Positions 59,417 to 64,000 of a DNA stretch of 64,000 nt are shown here, piece by piece. Origin of the DNA: Parvularculales bacterium (GTDB taxonomy: Bacteria > Pseudomonadota > Alphaproteobacteria > JAPOUT01 > JBAJNM01); contig JBAJNM010000001.1 in assembly GCA_036881865.1 (NCBI GenBank), positions 86,847 to 150,846 on the forward strand, given 5' to 3'. How positions within the stretch are numbered: the first letter of the stretch is position 1; each line of letters begins with the position of its first letter. Under the pieces are notes generated by a model. The model was given only the letters and a program-made list of their open reading frames with translations, made no database searches and had not been told where the DNA came from. A program made the translations under genes and the position numbers.

Positions 59417-60304
59417 ATGACTACAGAAAATATGCCTGTTCTCACGCCAGAAGGAGGATTATCTCGCTATCTTCAAGAGATACGCAAATTTCCCATGTTA
59501 GAGGCGCAAGAGGAATATATGCTAGGCAAGCGCTTTCGTGAGCACGATGATTTGAAGGCTGCACACAAGCTTGTAACGAGCCATTTGCGCTTGGTTGCGA
59601 AAATCGCTATGGGATACAGAGGTTACGGTTTGCCCATTGGTGAGGTTATTTCAGAGGGTAATGTTGGATTAATGAAGGCGGTTAAGCGGTTTGATCCGGA
59701 TAAAGGATTTCGTCTGGCAACATACGCTATGTGGTGGATTAAAGCGTCTATTCAGGAATATGTGTTGCGGTCTTGGAGTCTTGTAAAACTAGGTACGACG
59801 GCAGCTCAGAAGAAATTATTTTTTAATCTGCGTCGCACTAAAGGACAAATAGAAGCTATGGAAGAGGGAGATTTGTTGCCGGAGCATGTAACAGAGATTG
59901 CTGATCGGCTGGGTGTTGGTGAGGAGGATGTTATCTCCATGAACCGTCGCTTGGGCGGTTCGGATAATTCTCTAAACGCGCGGATGAAAAATGAAATGGA
60001 TGGTGAATGGCAGGATTGGCTTACCGACGATACGCCAGATCAGGAAGTTATGCTGTCTGACAGGGAAGAGTTTGCCCACCGTCAGGAAATGTTGACATCA
60101 GCCATGAAAAAGCTCAATGAGCGCGAAATGCGAATTCTAACCGAGAGGCGGTTGAAGGACCCTCCCGCTACGTTAGAAGAATTAGGCCAATATTATAATA
60201 TCAGTCGGGAGCGTATCCGGCAGATAGAATTACGTGCCTTTGAGAAAGTGCGTCATGCCGTCCAAGAGGAGGCCATGCAAGAGGAGGTGCATATTTCTTC
60301 TTGA
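59417..60304 (+). CDS. rpoH: RNA polymerase sigma-32 factor
   Basis: 295 aa; region 2 (GNVGLMKAVKRFDP), the RpoH box, and region 4 HTH. Confidence 0.9.
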   Translation: MTTENMPVLTPEGGLSRYLQEIRKFPMLEAQEEYMLGKRFREHDDLKAAHKLVTSHLRLVAKIAMGYRGYGLPIGEVISEGNVGLMKAVKRFDPDKGFRLATYAMWWIKASIQEYVLRSWSLVKLGTTAAQKKLFFNLRRTKGQIEAMEEGDLLPEHVTEIADRLGVGEEDVISMNRRLGGSDNSLNARMKNEMDGEWQDWLTDDTPDQEVMLSDREEFAHRQEMLTSAMKKLNEREMRILTERRLKDPPATLEELGQYYNISRERIRQIELRAFEKVRHAVQEEAMQEEVHISS

Positions 60305-60314
60305 TCATACCTTC

Positions 60315-61607
60315 TCATCCAACAAAAGGATCACGCACTAGAATTGTATCATCTCTATCTGGCCCCGTGGAAAGCATTGTCACCGGTGTTTTAATAAGCT
60401 CTTCTATGCACCGAACATATTTTATGGCATTAGCGGGTAGGTCGTTCCACGATTGCGCCCTGTTTGTGCTTTCCTCCCACCCATGCATGGTGCGATAAAC
60501 TGGCTTAACCCGCGCTTGTTGCGCAGTTGCCGCAGGTAAATGGTCTATAGGTGTGCCGTCCAACATATAGCCCACGCATATTTTCAACTCTGGCAAACCA
60601 TCCAGCACATCTAGTTTCGTCAACGCAATACCATCAATACCAGAAACTAAAACCGCCTGACGTACTAAAACTGCATCAAACCACCCACACCGTCGCTCCC
60701 GCCCTGTAACCGTACCAAATTCGTGACCTCGCTCTCCCAACGAGCGGCCCGTTTCATTATCTTGCTCGCTGGGAAATGGTCCCTCTCCAACGCGGGTAGT
60801 GTAAGCCTTGGTGATGCCCAAAACATGATCCAACGCACCCGGCGCAACTCCCGCCCCCAGTGCTGCTTGACCGGCTACCGTGTTAGAAGATGTCACATAC
60901 GGATATGTGCCATGGTCAATATCTAGCATCGCCCCCTGTGCGCCTTCAAAAAGCAAACGCTTTCCAGCACGGCGCATATTGTCCAGTAACCGCCAAACCG
61001 GTGCAACAAACGGTAAAAGCCGTAAAGCCATATCCTCTAACTCGGCTTTAAGAGGCGCCATTTTAATCTCTGGCTCTCCTAAACCACAGCGCAGAGCGTT
61101 ATGATGATGAAGCAAACGTGTAAGACGTTCATCCAACACCGCAGAATCGCTTAAATCCATAACCCGCAGAGCACGTCTGCCTACTTTATCCTCATATGCG
61201 GGGCCAATACCCCGACCCGTCGTACCAAGACGCAACCCCTTAAGACCACTTTCCCGCAGATGATCAAGGGTTTTATGAAATGGCAAAATCAACGTAGCGT
61301 TTTCAGCGATGCGCAAATTATCTGGAGAAATCTCTATGCCTTGGGCTCTCACCCGCTCTATTTCTTCCATCAACGCCCATGGATCAATAACAACCCCATT
61401 GCCTATAATGGATAATTTACCAGTTCGCACCACACCGGACGGCAACAAGGAGAGTTTATACGTAACCCCGTCAACTACCAACGTATGACCTGCATTGTGT
61501 CCCCCCTGAAACCGCACAACTCCATCAGCGCGAGAGCTGAGCCAGTCAACTACTTTACCCTTTCCTTCGTCACCCCATTGGGAGCCTACAACGACAACAT
61601 TAACCAT
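60315..61607 (-). CDS. purA: Adenylosuccinate synthetase
   Basis: 430 aa; [12 protein letters not shown]-loop. Confidence 0.95.
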   Translation of the reverse strand: MVNVVVVGSQWGDEGKGKVVDWLSSRADGVVRFQGGHNAGHTLVVDGVTYKLSLLPSGVVRTGKLSIIGNGVVIDPWALMEEIERVRAQGIEISPDNLRIAENATLILPFHKTLDHLRESGLKGLRLGTTGRGIGPAYEDKVGRRALRVMDLSDSAVLDERLTRLLHHHNALRCGLGEPEIKMAPLKAELEDMALRLLPFVAPVWRLLDNMRRAGKRLLFEGAQGAMLDIDHGTYPYVTSSNTVAGQAALGAGVAPGALDHVLGITKAYTTRVGEGPFPSEQDNETGRSLGERGHEFGTVTGRERRCGWFDAVLVRQAVLVSGIDGIALTKLDVLDGLPELKICVGYMLDGTPIDHLPAATAQQARVKPVYRTMHGWEESTNRAQSWNDLPANAIKYVRCIEELIKTPVTMLSTGPDRDDTILVRDPFVG

Positions 61608-61610
61608 GAC

Positions 61611-63188
61611 TCAAAATACAAGACGCTGTGCTTGAACCACGTGATCTAAGGCGCGTATTTTGTTTATGACATCGTCAGAGACCTCCCCATCTACCCCCAC
61701 AAGGGTTGTAGCGTCCGCACCGACTGTCTCCCTCCCCAAAGCAAAAGTTGCAATATTAACTTCTGCCCCACCTAGTAATGCACCTAGAGCACCTATAAAA
61801 CCCGGCCTATCACGATTGACGATATAGAGCATGTGAGAGATGAGTTCAGCTTCAAGATTTACCTCACCGATTTTAATAATGCGCGGCTTTCCATCAGAAA
61901 AAACTGTTCCTGCAACAGAGCGCGTCTGTCGTTCGGTACGCAAGCTCAACCGAATATAAGATTCGTAAACCCCGCGCTGTTCGCGGGTTACTTCTGTAAT
62001 TTGTACCCCCCGTTCCTTAGCCACAGACGGTGCATTAATCATGTTAATATCTGCCAATAAGGGTCTCATTACACCAGCAATAGTAGCTGCTGTTAGCGCT
62101 TTAAGATTGAGTTCGGCGATTTGCCCTTCATACTCAATTGTGATTTCCTCAATACCGGATTCCGTTATTTGGCCAGCAAACGAGCCCAGCAGTTCCGCTA
62201 CATTAATAAAAGGCTTCAGAAGCGGGGCCTCCTCTGCTGTAACAGATGGCGTGTTTAAGGCATTGGTCACAGCACCAGTGGTTAGATAATCCGCCATTTG
62301 AGCGGCAACTTGAAGGGCTACTTTCTCTTGTGCTTCTGTGGTAGATGCTCCCAGATGAGGCGTGCAGATAACCTGCTCCATACCAAACAAAGGATTGTTC
62401 GTCGCCGGTTCAGTGCTAAACACATCAAGAGCTGCGCCTGCTACATGACCAGATTCAATCGCAGCCTTAAGGTCTTCTTCAACAATCAGCCCTCCCCGTG
62501 CGCAATTTACAATGTAAATGCCCACTTTCATTTTTTCAACAGCAGCCGCATCAATAATATTGCGAGTGCGTTCAGTCAAAGGCGTGTGAAGTGTTACAAT
62601 ATCAACACTTGACAAGAGAGTATCTAGGTCAACCTTTTCTATGCCTAAATCACGGGCACGCTCCAGAGATAAAAAAGGATCATATGCCAACACTCTCATT
62701 TTCAAACCCAAAGCCCGTTCAGCAACAATCGCTCCAATGTTGCCGCATCCGACAATCCCTAATGTCTTGCCCGTCAGTTCCATACCCACAAAGCGGTTTT
62801 TTTCCCACTTTCCTGCATGGGTAGAACTATTCGCTTCAGGTATCTGACGTGCCAAAGAAAACATCATCGCAATAGCATGTTCTGCTGTTGTGATAGAATT
62901 ACCAAACGGTGTGTTCATCACAATGATGCCCCGTCGGGTGGCTTCCGCTACATCTATATTATCAACACCTATACCCGCGCGCCCTATAACACGCAAACGC
63001 TTGGCGCACTCTAAAACTTTGGGAGTTACTCTGGTAGCAGAGCGCACCGCAAGACCATCATATTCGCCTATAATATCTACCATTTCTTCTTTTGACAGAT
63101 TCGTTTTGATGTCAACCTCAACCCCGTGAGACACAAAAACACTACGTGCAGCATTACTTAAATTATCAGAAATTAAAACCTTCAACAT
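61611..63188 (-). CDS. serA: D-3-phosphoglycerate dehydrogenase
   Basis: 525 aa; NAD-binding GxGxxG (GIVGCGNIG) and a C-terminal ACT domain. Confidence 0.95.
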   Translation of the reverse strand: MLKVLISDNLSNAARSVFVSHGVEVDIKTNLSKEEMVDIIGEYDGLAVRSATRVTPKVLECAKRLRVIGRAGIGVDNIDVAEATRRGIIVMNTPFGNSITTAEHAIAMMFSLARQIPEANSSTHAGKWEKNRFVGMELTGKTLGIVGCGNIGAIVAERALGLKMRVLAYDPFLSLERARDLGIEKVDLDTLLSSVDIVTLHTPLTERTRNIIDAAAVEKMKVGIYIVNCARGGLIVEEDLKAAIESGHVAGAALDVFSTEPATNNPLFGMEQVICTPHLGASTTEAQEKVALQVAAQMADYLTTGAVTNALNTPSVTAEEAPLLKPFINVAELLGSFAGQITESGIEEITIEYEGQIAELNLKALTAATIAGVMRPLLADINMINAPSVAKERGVQITEVTREQRGVYESYIRLSLRTERQTRSVAGTVFSDGKPRIIKIGEVNLEAELISHMLYIVNRDRPGFIGALGALLGGAEVNIATFALGRETVGADATTLVGVDGEVSDDVINKIRALDHVVQAQRLVF

Positions 63189-63229
63189 AATACGCCTTAC
63201 TATTTATACTTGTTTTATTTATTGTCGTA

Positions 63230-64000
63230 TTACAAACGGGCTACTAAAACTTTTTTATAGGCCCAACTTATCCAAAGCAACACAGCCCTTACATCATCTG
63301 CTTGCACTGTGGCTCCTATCCAAAGGCGCAACCCTGGTGGGGCTTCCCGATAGCCGTCAATATCATAGGCTACATCCTCCCCTTCTAGAATCTCTGCCAT
63401 TTCTTTGAGCAAAGCCCGTTGCTTTGTTTCTTCTAGCGCTGTAAAATTGATATCAACGATTTTTAAACACACAGACGTATTAGAGCCAATCGACAGATCA
63501 TCATTTGAGAACGCAATCCATGGTGTCTCTGCAACCCATTCAGCAATAAGGGCGTAATTGGCATCAGCTCGCGCACATGTTGCCGCCACCCCGCCGATAG
63601 CCTCAACCCAGTGCAGTGCATCAAGATAATCCTCCACGCATAACATGGAGGGTGTATTTATAGTTTCACCACGAAACAAACCTTCAATGAGTTTGCCGTA
63701 TTTTGCCATACGGAAAATCTTAGGCATAGGCCATGGCGGTGTGTAGGTCTCAAGGCGGGCTACCGCCTGTGGAGATAGAATCACCATACCGTGGGCGGCC
63801 TCTCCTCCTAAAACTTTCTGCCACGAAAAAGTAACGACATCCAGTTTGCGCCACGGAAGGTTTTGTGCAAAAACAGCTGATGTTGCATCGCAAATCACCA
63901 AACCTTCTCGGGTATCAGAAATCCAATCGCCATTTGGTACACGCACCCCTGAGGTGGTGCCATTCCATGTAAACACCACATCACGATTAAAATCTACCGC
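63230..64000 (-). CDS. serC: Phosphoserine aminotransferase (3' portion; the gene continues beyond the window end)
   Basis: Class V aminotransferase-like C-terminal region with the PLP lysine context FSWQKVLGGE. The frame is open to the window edge. Confidence 0.85.
   Translation of the reverse strand, partial: AVDFNRDVVFTWNGTTSGVRVPNGDWISDTREGLVICDATSAVFAQNLPWRKLDVVTFSWQKVLGGEAAHGMVILSPQAVARLETYTPPWPMPKIFRMAKYGKLIEGLFRGETINTPSMLCVEDYLDALHWVEAIGGVAATCARADANYALIAEWVAETPWIAFSNDDLSIGSNTSVCLKIVDINFTALEETKQRALLKEMAEILEGEDVAYDIDGYREAPPGLRLWIGATVQADDVRAVLLWISWAYKKVLVARL

Overview
This is a 64 kb chromosomal segment of an alphaproteobacterium-like genome with roughly 50% GC; the organism cannot be named from sequence alone. 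Most of the window is conserved core content.

Core genes: yggT-folD, argG, lepA, pheS-pheT, rplT-rpmI, infC, hisD-UPF0262-LMW phosphatase, murA, pyrF, rpoH, purA, serA-serC(partial), and two tRNAs (Ala-CGC on the minus strand, Thr-GGT on the plus strand).

Cobalamin cluster: a cluster of about 19 kb (35.5-54.5 kb) encodes cobB, cbiD, cobK, cobM, a cbiG-cobJ fusion, cobI, cobL, cobH, a CbiX-like chelatase, cobD, cobQ, cobO, cobN, cobW and cobU, followed by hemF. Elsewhere are a B12-dependent acyl-CoA mutase and a CitE-like plus MaoC (mesaconyl-CoA hydratase-like) pair.

Accessory material is concentrated in five places:
- 0.6-5.5 kb: a D-aminoacylase gene and a natural esterase-Baeyer-Villiger monooxygenase fusion gene, flanked by two copies of a ~130-bp repeat element.
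- 5.3-7.9 kb: an AT-rich mini-island ending 1 bp from the tRNA-Ala 3' end, bounded by inverted arrays of TTAGAAT-type repeats. It carries a Fic (class II) gene, a small membrane/wHTH-like gene and a GIY-YIG-like gene, with no recombinase. This is my best candidate for an undescribed toxin/defense-type module.
- 11.8-13.6 kb: a 1.7-kb insert flanked by perfect 20-bp inverted repeats (core AAGTATATAATT, also present at two other sites). It carries a small acidic ORF, an XRE regulator, a secreted ankyrin protein and a secreted unknown protein.
- Three paralogous signal-peptide ankyrin-repeat genes with conserved N- and C-terminal motifs. One is translationally coupled to the mutase and one is interrupted by an in-frame TAA.
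- A frameshifted AEC transporter gene.

One further classic feature: infC appears to use an AUU start codon.
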